A stretch of 64,000 nucleotides of DNA from Nemertoderma westbladi (Eukaryota; Animalia; Xenacoelomorpha): positions 85,581 to 149,580 of the forward strand of contig JAUCBJ010001088.1 in NCBI GenBank assembly GCA_032718475.1. The letters are read 5' to 3'. A model generated the notes under the pieces. The model made no database searches and was not told the DNA's origin. It worked only from the letters and a program-made list of their open reading frames with translations. Below are positions 49,990 through 63,000 of the stretch, one piece after another; within the stretch, counting starts at the first letter, position 1, and each line of letters opens with the position of its first letter. The translations under genes were made by a program, and so were the position numbers.

Positions 49990-51623
49990 ATGATATACCA
50001 GATGAAGCTAGCAGTGGTACCAACAATAAAGATGATGAATTCAATGATGACGCATGTTCTTCGGGTTTCCTTGTTAACTCCATTAACTATATTGCTAAGA
50101 ATGGGGAAGGATCATCAGCTGTAACAACCCCCTTAATTGTTCCTGATATTCCCGTTGGAACCCCACTCTCCATACCAGTTCGGTCCCCACTCTCCATACC
50201 AGATGGAACCCCACTCTCCATACCAGATAGATCCCCACTCTCCATACCAGTTCGGTCCTCACTCTCTGTACCAGTTGGATCCCCACTCTCCATACCAGAT
50301 GGATCCCCACTCTCCATACCAGTTGGATCCCCACTCTCTGTACCAGTTGGATCCCCACTCTCTGCCCCACCAGTTGGATCCCCACTCTCTGCCCCACCAT
50401 TTGGATCCCCACTCTCTGCACCACCAGTTGGATCCCCACTCTCTGCCCCACCAGTTGGATCCCCACTCTCTGCACCACCGGTTGGATCCCCACTCTCTGC
50501 CCCACCAGTTGGATCCCCACTCTCTGTACCACCAGTTGGATCCCCATTCTCTGCCCCACCAGTTGGATCCCCACTCTCTGCACCACCAGATGGATCCCCA
50601 CTCTCTGCCCCACCAGTTGGATCCCCACTCTCTTCCCCACCAGTTGGATCCCCACTCTCCGCCCCACCAGATGGATCCCCACTCTCTGTACCAGTCGGAT
50701 CCTCACTCTCTGCACCGGTTAAATCCCCACTATCTGCAACTTTGATGGATGTCGACATGGTGGGACATCTTGTCCTTGAAGATACTGTCGAATATGAGAC
50801 AACATATCCAGCTAATGAGCCCCCTAATCAATCTGTTACTGTTCTCACACCTAAGATGTCCAATACTAATGGCATCAATGACATTGATAGTCGCCGAGTG
50901 GTAAAGCCAAAAACCAAATGGACTATAAACTCAGCGATTGAAAAACTGAGAGACAGAATCGACAGTCATAAATTGGCTGGTCCTGATTCCGCACAGACCA
51001 TAGCTCTATCTGATTCCGGAAAGACGGTGGCTCAACCGGTTTCCGGACCGACGGTGGCTCAACCGGTTTCCGGACAGACGGTGGCTCAACCGGTTTCCGG
51101 ACAGACGGTGGCTCAACCGGTTTCCGGACAGAAGGTGGCTCAACCGGTTTCCGGACCGACGGTGACTCTACCAGAAGGTGTCCAGCTACGGGACTGCAGC
51201 GTCTACTTAAATGGATCCCGACCACTCTGTACTTCGACACCGATACGCGGCACCAATAGAGATAACGATCGCAAACTCTGTACCATCGATATGCAATCCA
51301 GAGATGTTCCTAGGGCTTCTAAAGCCATTGCAAGTTACAACAGTACAGTTCCTAGGTACCGGAATACCGCTGCCCGGGATGCCCCACCCATTGCTAGACA
51401 ACGCGATGGTCCTGCGCGCTCAACCTCGCAGCATTCGTCACATTCTGCCGGTCTTCGTTCGCAACAAAGTCGTACTGTGGATGGTCGTGGAGGAGTGATA
51501 AACCCCAGAGGAACCAATAAGGAGGCAGTTGGAAATAAACCCAACCCATTGGATAATCAGATGACATCAAGTAATGGTAAATTCAATTGGACGTGTGTGA
51601 ATAATGTTATAGTCATCGACTAA
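49990..51623 (+). CDS. Candidate large exon encoding a low-complexity Pro/Ser-repeat protein of unknown identity
   Basis: tttacag| acceptor; 555-aa open frame that stays open well beyond the repeats (PVGSPLSA)n and (TVAQPVSGQ)n; possible donor gtaaat near 51577. Confidence 0.5.
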
Positions 51624-51899
51624 TTAACTATTAATTGTTTTACTAACCGACAACTATAAAAATTTACATAAATACTATTTCATATAGGAATATTTTCAGC
51701 ATTCATTCATTGTCAATTTAATATGATATAGAATTGTTATTGTTATTTATATTGTTTTGTTGTTAAGATCGCCTTAGTTGTGCGATATCTTCAGGTTGGG
51801 ACGATATGAACATAAGTGGGACACTGCCGTCCCTTTATGGAGCGGGACAGAATGAGGATACTGAGTGTCTTTCTTACGTAAGAATGGTAGTTGGCTCTT

Positions 51900-52110
51900 A
51901 GTAGCAAATATTCAGAGCGGGTGATGGTATGGGTGACACAACCTACTGGTTCCAGAAGTTGAGGAAAACCCGCCCAGTACCTAACTGATCTAGACTTTGC
52001 TGATGACTAGAGGGCGCCCCAACAGCTCCACAGCTCATTAGAACAGACTGCTTCTAGTGTTGGTCTATTTGTTAACTCCACGAAGAACAAAATGTTGATA
52101 GTTTTGACAG
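51900..52110 (+). pseudogene. Short RTE-like RT remnant
   Basis: YLTDLDFADD..VGLFVNSTK motif string. Confidence 0.5.
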
Positions 52111-52968
52111 TTTAGACTTTGACAGTTCTCAGGAATGACTCAACATATGAGCCAATTCTATAAAGATGGTGTGGTTGAGCATCTGGTAAAAAAAAGGTAA
52201 AACTTTAGGGAAACCTGTGGCATGGACTGGCATCGAATCGAATCGAAAGAAATTTTTCGTCTTCGATTTCCAATATATTTTTCGATTCGATATCGATTCG
52301 ACTCAGGTAAAAAATTTCTACTTTGATTCGATTATTCGACCTTTGATTATGAACTTAATTACTTGTCATCAAATATACATTATAAATTTTATTCTCAAAT
52401 TGTTACTTTTTTCCTTAGGGAAAAAATTAACCAATAGGAATGCATTCATTTTACTTTTTCCCGCTTATTATTTTTGATTTTCCCTATCCTGGCGAACTAT
52501 TTTTGGTGGAATTTCTTAATTTTATTTCAAGTGTTGAAATAGCATCGAAGTAGGAAAGGTGTGAAAGTAATTTAAGCAAAATCCATTCAAACACTCTTTA
52601 TGTTTGTTAAGCGGCTCTTTAGTTACGTAATAAATATCCGAGAACACTAAATTATTGTAACATTGAGTAAAGCGGCATCAGGAGTTGAAGAGTACAATAA
52701 TTGGAAACGCGGTAACTATATGGAAGCAATATATTGTAAAATACTGCAGTTTAATTTATTTTGTACCACTACATCACTGTACGTTTTATTAAAGAATTGA
52801 GCAACAAAAAGTACTAATTTAAAAATAAAATTAGTATTACATGGGAAAAAAACGTAGATAATTGATAATTATTAAAAATATATTAAGACTTAAGACTGCC
52901 TGTTCAATAGTTTTTCTAAGTGCATTCGGTGGGGTAGTGAATGTTAGGGACAAGTGGCTGAACTGGTT

Positions 52969-53014
52969 AGCGCTACTGATGAGGCCTGATAGGCCGAAAC
53001 GTACGTATAGCGCT
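52969..53014 (+). ncRNA. Type I hammerhead ribozyme
   Basis: Stem I agcgcta/tagcgct, core CTGATGA, stem II ggcct-gat-aggcc, GAAA, short palindromic stem III ACGTACGT, cleavage triplet GTA (cut after 53007). Confidence 0.88.
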
Positions 53015-53164
53015 GGTTCAACCCCCGGTGACGCGCTTTCTCATTTTTTCTATTTATGAACAAAACCATAATATTACATCTTTAATTACAGTTGCATTAC
53101 CAGCTCAACTCCAATTTACTTATAATAATATATAAAATACCTCGAGAATAGTGAACAGTCATCT

Positions 53165-55011
53165 GTCCAAATCAATTCGGGTTTAGGAAAAAATTCACGA
53201 CAACTTTTGCTGTTCTTAATATTGTAGAAAATATTCGTACCGCCTTAGATAATAAATAATCCACTTCAGTTGTATATAATATAGACCTAAAGAAAGCTTT
53301 CGACTCTTTGGACATAGGAATTCTTCTGAAGAAACTTTGCTCGTACGGTATCCGGACTCCTGTATCTGTACGGGACTCCTCACTCTCTACTTACAGATTA
53401 CCTATCTGAACGTTCCCAGTTTGTTTCCATAGCCAATATCCATTCTTCCATCAAACCGGTCACCTGTGGAGTTCCCCATGGATCTATTTTAGGACCACTT
53501 CTATTCCTCCTATATATCAACGACCTACCAAATTCCAGTAAACTTCGAACCACTTTATTCGCTGATGATACCAGCCTTAGCCATACAACAGCATCGGTTA
53601 GCGATATGTTTCTATCGGTTAACTCAAATCTGACAAGTGTATCTAAGTGGATAAAGGATAATAAATTAACAATAAACCTCAAAAAAACAGAATATACAAT
53701 TTTTTCCAATCTCCACGGCAACTTCAGACAGTTAAACCCAATTCATATTGATGGCAAACAAATTAAACAAGTTTCAGTTTCCAAGTACTTAGGCCTACAC
53801 ATAGACAGTAAACTAACATTTCGCCAACATGTCCAGTATGTTCTCAATAAAATATCTAAATCCGGTGGCATTTTTTTCAGACTAAGACATTTACTCCCCC
53901 TCCAAATAATGCGTACCCTATTCTTTTCTCTTATCTATCCTTACATAAACTACGGGTTAGTTGTATGGGGGGGTACATACTCTTCGATCTTAAAACCTTT
54001 ACGAATTAAAATTAATAAAATAGTTAGGTGCTTATCTTTCAGCCACCGCCGATCATCTTCAATTCCTATCTACCGTAAGCTACAAATCTTACCCCTTGAA
54101 GCTTTATATAAGCACCAAATCTGTAATCTAATGTACGATATATCCCGTAACCCTAAACACCCACTGGCATATTTATTTCGTAAAACTGCTTCTATCCATT
54201 CATATAATACTCGCTCTTCTAAATCTGGCCATTTTAATCTCCCTTCAGTCCGTCTTGAAGTTGCCCACCAATCTGTTGCTTTTCAAGGCCCTCTACTATG
54301 GAATTCACTGTCTGATGACCTTCGAAATATTGTTGTTAAATCAATCTTTGCCAAACAACTAAAAAGACATTTACTTGATCTATAATCGGTTACTATCATC
54401 CATTATATCTTATTGGTCACAATTAACCACTCAGTCAAATTGATTACAATTATCGACTATGACACATCGGTTAATATTTATCCACTCTGATTCATCCATC
54501 CACTCTGTCTCACCGGTCGCATTTATCTACCTTGAAATATTGGTCACAATTTTTCCACTCTTACTCATCGGTTTCAATTATCCAGTCTGTCACATCTTTT
54601 AGAATTATACCCTCTGCGTATCATCGGTTACAGTGGATAACTGATAACTCAATTTCACAGTCTGCAGTCTGGTCAGTGAGAAGGTCCTCGCGGGAGTACT
54701 CTGGGTTGGCTTCCCACAGTTATCATTCTCAGGTGTATAAGATGGTTACCCAATTCTTTGGTGTCATACCGCCAATCCACCCCCCCCCCCCCCCCCCCCT
54801 CGCAAATCAACATGTTAGTAAAAGGTTACCCAGGCACAGCACTAGCTTTGCTATTGTGTCCAAGTAATCTCCTAAATTGTAGGCACCAGTCAATGGCGAC
54901 TGATAACAATAACGTTTAGTAATTATATTACTATTCCATACAATTTCTGGTGCGGTGCATCTGTATTGTTTGTGAGGTATCTTGAAATTGAAAATTGAAA
55001 TTGAATTGAAA
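53165..55011 (+). mobile_element. 5'-truncated CR1/L2-type LINE with 3' UTR and (ttgaaa)n tail
   Basis: DLKKAFD, GVPHGSILGPLLF, LFADDT, KYLG, QGPLLWN; microsatellite tail at 54982-55011. Confidence 0.85.
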
Positions 55012-56361
55012 CAAGTTGTATTTTTTTCCCATGTACTAAGTAATTATTTGTATATTTTACTGTTGGCCAATTTTTGCCAAAAAATCAAAAGTATGGGGCC
55101 TACCAAAATGTTCAGCAGCTTTAGGGCTACAATCGTGAGTATTGCATTTGTAAAACTGGCAATTTCGATATTCTAGAACCGATTTTGTAACTATGCTACA
55201 CTTATTTTATCATTCTCAAAATATTTGATCCCCAAAATATTGTTCGAACATACTAAAAACCACATATATTTTCCAAAAACAATAATTTTGTGCTAAAATT
55301 TTCATAGAAGATGGCCTACATATCGGCTTGACACTAGAACAAAATCGCCTCCAATTTGCAGGACATTGCTTTCGCCGTGAGGACCAGGGTGTTGTCGCTG
55401 CGCAATTTTGTCGACAAGCCGGCATAGCATTCTTAATATATATGTAATATATATATACAGTACAGGCCACCAGAAAACGCAGATTTGTACAATTGTGAAC
55501 ACATTTTATCAAATGTGTACCAGTGTAATGTAATGTTGTTGAACGGGACAATTGAACATAATTGAACATAATTGAATTGTCAACAACCAAAATTTTTTCG
55601 CCAAAAGATACAATTGAATACTTTTGAAACGCTTAGTAATCTGGAAACTCTCTGTAGTTTGCCGCGAACTGTCACTCACTGTAGCTGGAAATGCGATAAG
55701 GATTTTGTTTACCTTTATAGTGTGCGGTTAATAGTGTCTAGTAGGCAGGCCTATAGTTAGTGATGTTAAGGCATCTTCTGGTGTTTCTCTGTGCCCTCTC
55801 GGTGTCAGACTAATGGCGCGACATCTCCCTGCACTAAATTAATTATTCGATGGTCTAGGCTTCTCCATCCACATACCCATCCACAGATTCACTCCCATAC
55901 ACTCCATGTGGTCTTGTATGTAGTTCTCTCTCTACCAATACAGCCCATGTCCGCAATGTTACGCCCTGGGGGCTCTCTCATCTACCTGATATCAGACATA
56001 CAGACGCACCGCACACAAAGCCTTTGTCGGTCCCAGCAAGTCGTCGGTCCCAGCAAGTCAGCCTCCTGATGTGTGATCTAGAAGATAACACGCCATAACC
56101 TGCCAATCAGATGACTTGAACAAATGTGTTCACATGTGATCACATTGGATGAAATCTGCTTTTTCTGGTGGCCTGTACTGTATAATGTAACTGCAATGCA
56201 GCATGCCGATCGTAGTAGTAGTAATAGTAGTAGTGGCTGCGACACTGGTTTCAGGGATTCTATGTAAGATAAATATCTGGCCCACTAAATTTAGGGGCTT
56301 TGCAGCAGCTTGGCGGGTCGTATCTGTAGTTGGTCATGACGATGTTGTAAAAATTGGCGGA

Positions 56362-56644
56362 AGCCAGGCGCCAAGCAGTCTGTCTGAGACCGTTAATCAT
56401 AAGAATGTAATTTAAAGTGATAAATTAACATACAATGGTATCTATACTAAGGTTAGTTACTAATAATTGTTCAATAATAGGTCTTGATACTTACCGCCTT
56501 TGATTCCCTTTGAGACTATATTGATTGCATAAGCTCTCTGCTGTCAGATCCTTTCCTATCGCCGTAAATCCAACAGGCGCGGCGTCTGCGGCGACAAAGA
56601 ATGAAAGCTGTACTTCATCAAGTGTGGGTTGGATGTTTCCTTAA
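56362..56644 (+). pseudogene. Remnant paralog of the FReP promoter and exon 1
   Basis: Homologous to about 5475-5645 joined directly to exon-1-like ctctgctgtcag..tttccta; TATA and ATG absent. Confidence 0.6.
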
Positions 56645-57118
56645 CCCTTTGCGTACTAAAGATAAATTACATAAATTTTTACTTCCAATGACCAAAAAAA
56701 TATATTTGATCGGACCAAGGTGTATTTCCTTGTCTTTCCCAGAGATTTTTATATAAAGAAGAGGATGACCATATTATTATACTTATAAGGAACACATGGC
56801 CACCTTTAACCATTTTCGAAATTTGTTAAATCTTTCATTTAAACCCCTTGGGCGGCACACTGCCACCTTAATCATTTGTAACAAAATTATTGGCTAAATT
56901 GAAATTAAATTGCATAAATTATGCCGCCAATTATGACCCTGCCGCCCTGGGGGGTCAGGATAATATATGTAATGGCGGCACTCTGCCGCACTTAGGGGTT
57001 TTAAGTTATAATTATATAAAAGGCGGCAACTGCCGCCTTAATGAACAGGGTCCTGAATTATTTACAATGGAAAATAGGCAGTGTGCCGCCTTTTTTAAGT
57101 GTTGCAGTACTCAAAGGT
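56645..57118. mobile_element. piggyBac-like MITE
   Basis: TTAA-ccctttgcgtact .. agtactcaaaggt; internal ggcggca..tgccgcc palindromes; the paralogous site near 58790 is empty. Confidence 0.6.
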
Positions 57119-57474
57119 TTATATACTCGGTATAGGGGGTATACTGGACTGCGTGTGGTTTGGACTGTGGCTTTACAAATTTAAACTTAACTTACATTTT
57201 GTGGTCGTTTTTTTCTGTTAGCAGAATATATCTAGATTCGTGCAGTCTACACATCACCTGGCATGAACAATCGGACGCCCACACACAGTCGCATACGCAA
57301 AAGCTACAGACTTAGAATACACACGCACAATCGCATACGCACAAGCTACAGACTTGGAATACAGATGCACAAATTTCATCGAACATACATGCACAACAGA
57401 TAAAGATTTCCGCAGTTTTAAAATAAGAAGACAAAAGTTGGTAGAGGAATTAGAAGGTTCAAGAAGGAATTACA

Positions 57475-58505
57475 TGACCACCTCCATGTTACATGAACCC
57501 GTGCCCGGATAGACATTACCCCATGCCCGTGTAAAGACGTGACCCCGCGCCCGTGTAGAGACATGGCCCCGTGCCCGGTTAGAAGCGTGAACCCGTGCAT
57601 TGGAAGAGCCATTACCCCATGTCCGTGTATGAAGATACGTGACCCCGCGCCGTGGAAGGGACGTGACCCCGCGCCTGGGAATAGATATGACCCCATGCCC
57701 GGGTAGAGACATGACCCCGTGCCCGGGTAGAGACATCACCCCTCGCCTGGGAATAGACATGACCCCGTGCCCGGGTAGAGACATCACCCCTCGCCTGGGA
57801 AGAGACATGACCCCGTGCCCGGGTAGAGACATCACCCCTCGCCTGGGAAGAGACATGACCCCGTGCCCGGGTAGAGACGTGACCCCGCGCCCGGGAAGAG
57901 ACATTACCCCATGTCCGTGTATGAAGATACGTGACCCCGCGCCTTGGAAGGGACATGACCCCGCGCCTGGGAATAGATATGACCCCATGCCCGGGTAGAG
58001 ACATGACCCCGTGCCCGGGTAGAGACATCACCCCTCGCCTGGGAAGAGACATGACCCCGTGCCCGGGTAGAGACATCACCCCTCGCCTGGGAAGAGACAT
58101 GACCCCGCGCCCGGGAAGAGACATTACCCCATGTCCGTGTATGAAGATACGTGACCCCGCGCCTTGGAAGGGATGTGACCCCGCGCCTGGGAATAGATAT
58201 GACCCCATGCCCGGGTAGAGACATGACCCCGTGCCCGGGTAGAGACATCACCCCTTGCCTGGGAAGAGACATGACCCCGTGCCCGGGTAGAGACGTGACC
58301 CCGTGCCCGGGTAGAGACATCACCCCTTTCCTGGGAAGAGACATGACCCCGTGCCCGGGTAGAGACGTGACCCCGCGCCCGGGAAGAGACATTACCCCAT
58401 GTCCGTGTATGAAGATACGCGACCCCGCGTCTTGGAAGGGACGTGACCCCCCGCCTGGGTAGAGACGTGACCCCATGTCCATGTAGAAGCGTGACCCCAC
58501 GCCAG
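57475..58505. repeat. GC-rich 24-bp minisatellite with higher-order blocks of about 220-290 bp
   Basis: gggtagagacatgaccccgtgccc units; marker block cattaccccatgtccgtgtatgaagatac recurs four times. Confidence 0.92.
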
Positions 58506-58596
58506 GGTTGTGGATTGTTGTAATTTATTAACCTTCTATATTATTATTATTTTTTCACTGTTCAAGTAAATTACGTTGTTGTAAAAATGGAATGAT

Positions 58597-58800
58597 AATT
58601 AACACACAATGGTAACTACACTAAGGTAGTTACTAATAATTGTTCTATAAAGGTCTTAATACTTGCCGCCTTTGATTGCCTTTATGATACTTTATTTATT
58701 GCATCAGCTCTTTTCGTTTCGCTTGTAAATCCAACAGACTTCTGCGACAAAGAAGGAGGTTTTACATCATAAAGTGTGGGATTTGATGTTTCCTTAAACA
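58597..58800 (+). pseudogene. Second remnant paralog of the FReP promoter and exon 1
   Basis: Near-identical to about 5535-5640, then joined to cagctctttt; intron-1-like similarity again at about 59690-59780. Confidence 0.6.
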
Positions 58801-58947
58801 CCGGTTTATACACTCAAAAAAATTTATTGTTCTCCAAACGGCTAAAAACATTATCAGTACGACAACATAATCTTGTCAAAAAAGAGAAGAATATAGGAGA
58901 ATCTAAAGAATATATGAATTAACAATTATTTAAAATTATACTGTTAA

Positions 58948-59122
58948 AGGACCATTTTCGGTGCCACGATTTCTGTCCTGTTGTTTCAACGTACTACCTT
59001 TGTATTCTAGAATACACTATTTTATGCAATCGTTTAAGTCAAGCAATGGAAAAAACGTGGCAAAAACGCGGTGAAAGCGTGGCAAAAAAAGCGGCCAAAA
59101 ATACGGCAACCAAAATAGTCCT
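58948..59122. mobile_element. PIF/Harbinger-like MITE
   Basis: TAA TSD; imperfect TIR aggaccattttcggtgcc / ggcaaccaaaatagtcct. Confidence 0.55.
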
Positions 59123-60074
59123 TAACGAAATATGAAATGTCAGAGAACAAATGTTATTCCCAACCCAAACCAATTCAAACTATTATTGGAATCCTGAAAT
59201 CATTTTTTAATTTTTTTGCCAGACGAATCCAAGTAGGCCTAGGGTTAGAAGTTTAGACCAATAGTGCTGAAATAGGTTTAATGCATTTTTTATCTGAGAT
59301 TTTATATTCCCTATATGAGGCTGAATTAAATTAAAAAAAACTATTATTATCATTGCTACTGTAGTTCTAGATATACAGTAGTTTATTGATTATTAGCCTA
59401 ATAAACAATTATACCAAATACGGTATGTAACTAATAAACGAACGATACCTTAATTAACGATCAATATTAGACTAATATCAGACGAAACGGCACACGTCGG
59501 ATATCAGATTCAGACCATCTGAAGTCTGATTCCATATGTACAACGATGCAGATGCTCTTCAGATTCAGAGTTAAAAATCTGACACCTCTGACAGTCCAGA
59601 TAGTTTATACTCAAACAGACAATTGTATCGTATGTGAGGCACCTAGGGCCGCTGTATATATACAGTATCCCTGTCAAATCATATCAGCTCATATCAGTTG
59701 TCCCCAGCTCCCATTAGTTGTCCCCCAACTCATTTCAGATTTCTTGTAATATTGTAATGTGGTGGATGTTTCAAAATTTTCTGCCACGCCCACTTTTTGT
59801 AGTAGCATTTAAAATAATATTTTAGATGATAACACTCAATAGTTTAACCACTTAAAAACAATAACATGATATCAACACTAAATAATTAATATTGATTTAG
59901 TACATAAATGTATTAATCTTATGTTATATTAAATTATTATTATTATTTTATATCCACAGTATTGAATCGCAAACTTTCAACATTAAACTCAGATTCACCT
60001 GTAATGATTGGACTGGAAGGATAAAGTAACGAACATTATTTATTATACTATATTTAAATGCGTGATCCACGAAA

Positions 60075-63000
60075 ATTAGAAGGATCTTACCTACAACCCT
60101 GCCACTATAATACCAGTACTCCAGGCCTTCGGTAAGTATCCAATTAGAAGGATCTTACCTACAACCCTGCCACTTGTACAGGTACTATAATACCAGTAGT
60201 CCAGGCCTTCGGTAAGTATCCAATTAGAAGGATCTTACCTACAACCCTACCACTTGTACAGGTACTATAATACCAGTAGTCCAGGCCTTCGATAAGTATC
60301 CAATTAGAAGGATCTTACCTACAACCCTGCCTCTTGTACAGGTACTATAATACCAGTAGTCCAGGCCTTCGGTAGGTATCCAATTAGAAGGATCTTACCT
60401 ACAACCCTACCACTTGTACAGGTACTATAATACCAGTAGTCCAGGCCTTCGATAAGTATCCAATTAGAAGGATCTTACCTACAACCCTGCCTCTTGTACA
60501 GGTACTATAATACCAGTAGTCCAGGCCTTCGGTAGGTATCCAATTAGAAGGATCTTACCTACTACCCTGCCTCTTGTACAGGTACTATAATACCAGTAGT
60601 CCAGGCCTTCGGTAAGTCCAATTAGAAGGATCTTACCTACAACCTTGCCTCTTGTACAGGTACTATAATACCAGTAGTCCAGGCCTTCGGTAAGTATCCA
60701 ATTAGAAGGATCTTACCTACAACCCTGCCACTTGTACAGGTACTATAATACCAGTAGTCCAGGCCTTCGGTAAGTATCCAATTAGAAGGATCTTACCTAC
60801 AACCCTGCCCCTTGTACAGGTACTACTGTATAATACCAGTAGTCCAGGCCTTCGGTAAGTATCCAATTAGAAGGATCTTACCTACAACCCTACCACTTGT
60901 ACAGGTACTATAATACCAGTAGTCCAGGCCTTCGGTAAGTATCCTATTAGAAGGATCTTACCTACAACCCTGCCTCTTGTACAGGTACTATAGTACCAGT
61001 AGTCCTGGCCTTCGGTAAGTATCCAATTAGAAGGATCTTACCTACTACCCTGCCACTTGTACAGGTACTATAATACCAGTAGTCCTGGCCTTCGGTAAGT
61101 ATCCAATTAGAAGGATCTTACCTACTACCCTGCCACTTGTACAGGTACTAAAATACCAGTAGTCCAGGCCTTTGGTAAGTATTCAATTAGAAGGATCTTA
61201 CCTACAACCCTGCCACTTGTACAGGTACTAAAATACCAGTAGTCCAGGCCTTCGGTAAGTATCCAATTAGAAGGATCTTACCTACAACCCTGCCACTTGT
61301 ACAGGTACTATATTACCAGTAGTCCAGGCCTTCGGTAAGTATCCTATTAGAAGGATCTTACTTACAACCCTGCCACTTGTACAGGTACTAAAATACCAGT
61401 AGTCCAGGCCTTCGGTAAGTATCCAATTAGAAGGATCTTACCTACAACCATGCCACTTGTAAAGGTACTATAATACCAGTAGTCCAGGCCTTCGGTAAGT
61501 ATCCAATTAGAAGGATCTTACCTACAACCCTGCCTCTTGTACAGGTACTATAATACCAGTAGTCCAGGCCTTTGGTAAGTATTCAATTAGAAGGATCTTA
61601 CCTACAACCCTGCCACTTGTACAGGTACTAAAATACCAGTAGTCCAGGCCTTCGGTAAGTATCCAATTAGAAGGATCTTACCTACAACCCTGCCACTTGT
61701 ACAGGTACTATATTACCAGTAGTCCAGGCCTTCGGTAAGTATCCTATTAGAAGGATCTTACTTACAACCCTGCCACTTGTACAGGTACTAAAATACCAGT
61801 AGTCCAGGCCTTCGGTAAGTATCCAATTAGAAGGATCTTACCTACAACCATGCCACTTGTAAAGGTACTATAATACCAGTAGTCCAGGCCTTCGGTAAGT
61901 ATCCAATTAGAAGGATCTTACCTACAACCCTGCCTCTTGTACAGGTACTATAATACCAGTAGTCCAGGCCTTCGGTAAGTATCCAATTAGAAGGATCTTA
62001 CCTGCAACCCTGCCACTTGTACAGGTACTATAATACCAGTAGTCCAGGCCTTCGGTAAGTATCCAATTAGAAGGATCTTACCTACAACCCTGCCTCTTGT
62101 ACAGGTACTATAATACCAGTAGTCCAGGACTTCGGTAAGTATCCAATTAGAAGGATCTTACCTACAACCCTGCCTCTTGTACAGGTACTATAATACCAGT
62201 AGTCCAGGACTTCGGTAAGTATCCAATTAGAAGGATCTTACTTACTACCCTGCCTCTTGTACAGGTACTATAATACCAGTAGTCCAGGCCTTCGGTAAGT
62301 ATCCAATTAGAAGGATCTTACCTACAACCCTGTCACTTGTACAGGTACTATAATACCAGTAGTCCAGGCCTTCGGTAAGTATCCAATTAGAAGGATCTTA
62401 CCTACAACCCTGTCACTTGTACAGGTACTATAATACCAGTAGTCCAGGCTTTCGGTAAGTATCCAATTAGAAGGATCTTACCTACAACCTTGCCTCTTGT
62501 ACAGGTACTATAATACCAGTAGTCCAGGCTTTCGGTAAGTATCCAATTAGAAGGATCTTACCTACAACCTTGCCTCTTGTACAGGTACTATAATACCAGT
62601 AGTCCAGGCCTTTGGTAAGTATCCAATTAGAAGGATCTTACTTACTACCCTGCGTCTTGTACAGGTACTATAATACCAGTAGTCCAGGCTTTCGGTAAGT
62701 ATCCAATTAGAAGGATCTTACCTACAACCTTGCCACTTATACAGGTACTATAATACCAGTAGTCCAGGACTTCGGTAAGTATCCAATTAGAAGGATCTTA
62801 CTTACTACCCTGCGTCTTGTACAGGTACTATAATACCAGTAGTCCAGGCCTTCGGTAAGTATCCAATTAGAAGGATCTTACCTACAACCCTGCCACTTAT
62901 ACAGGTACTATAATACCAGTAGTCCATGCCTTCGGTAAGTATCCAATTAGAAGGATCTTACCTACTACCCTGCCACTTGTACAGATAAGTGTACTATAAT

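Noticed and set aside
54312-54330. Other ctgatga hits as hammerheads (also near 840, 18024 and 35086)
   Set aside because: No stem II/GAAA/stem I pairing around them.
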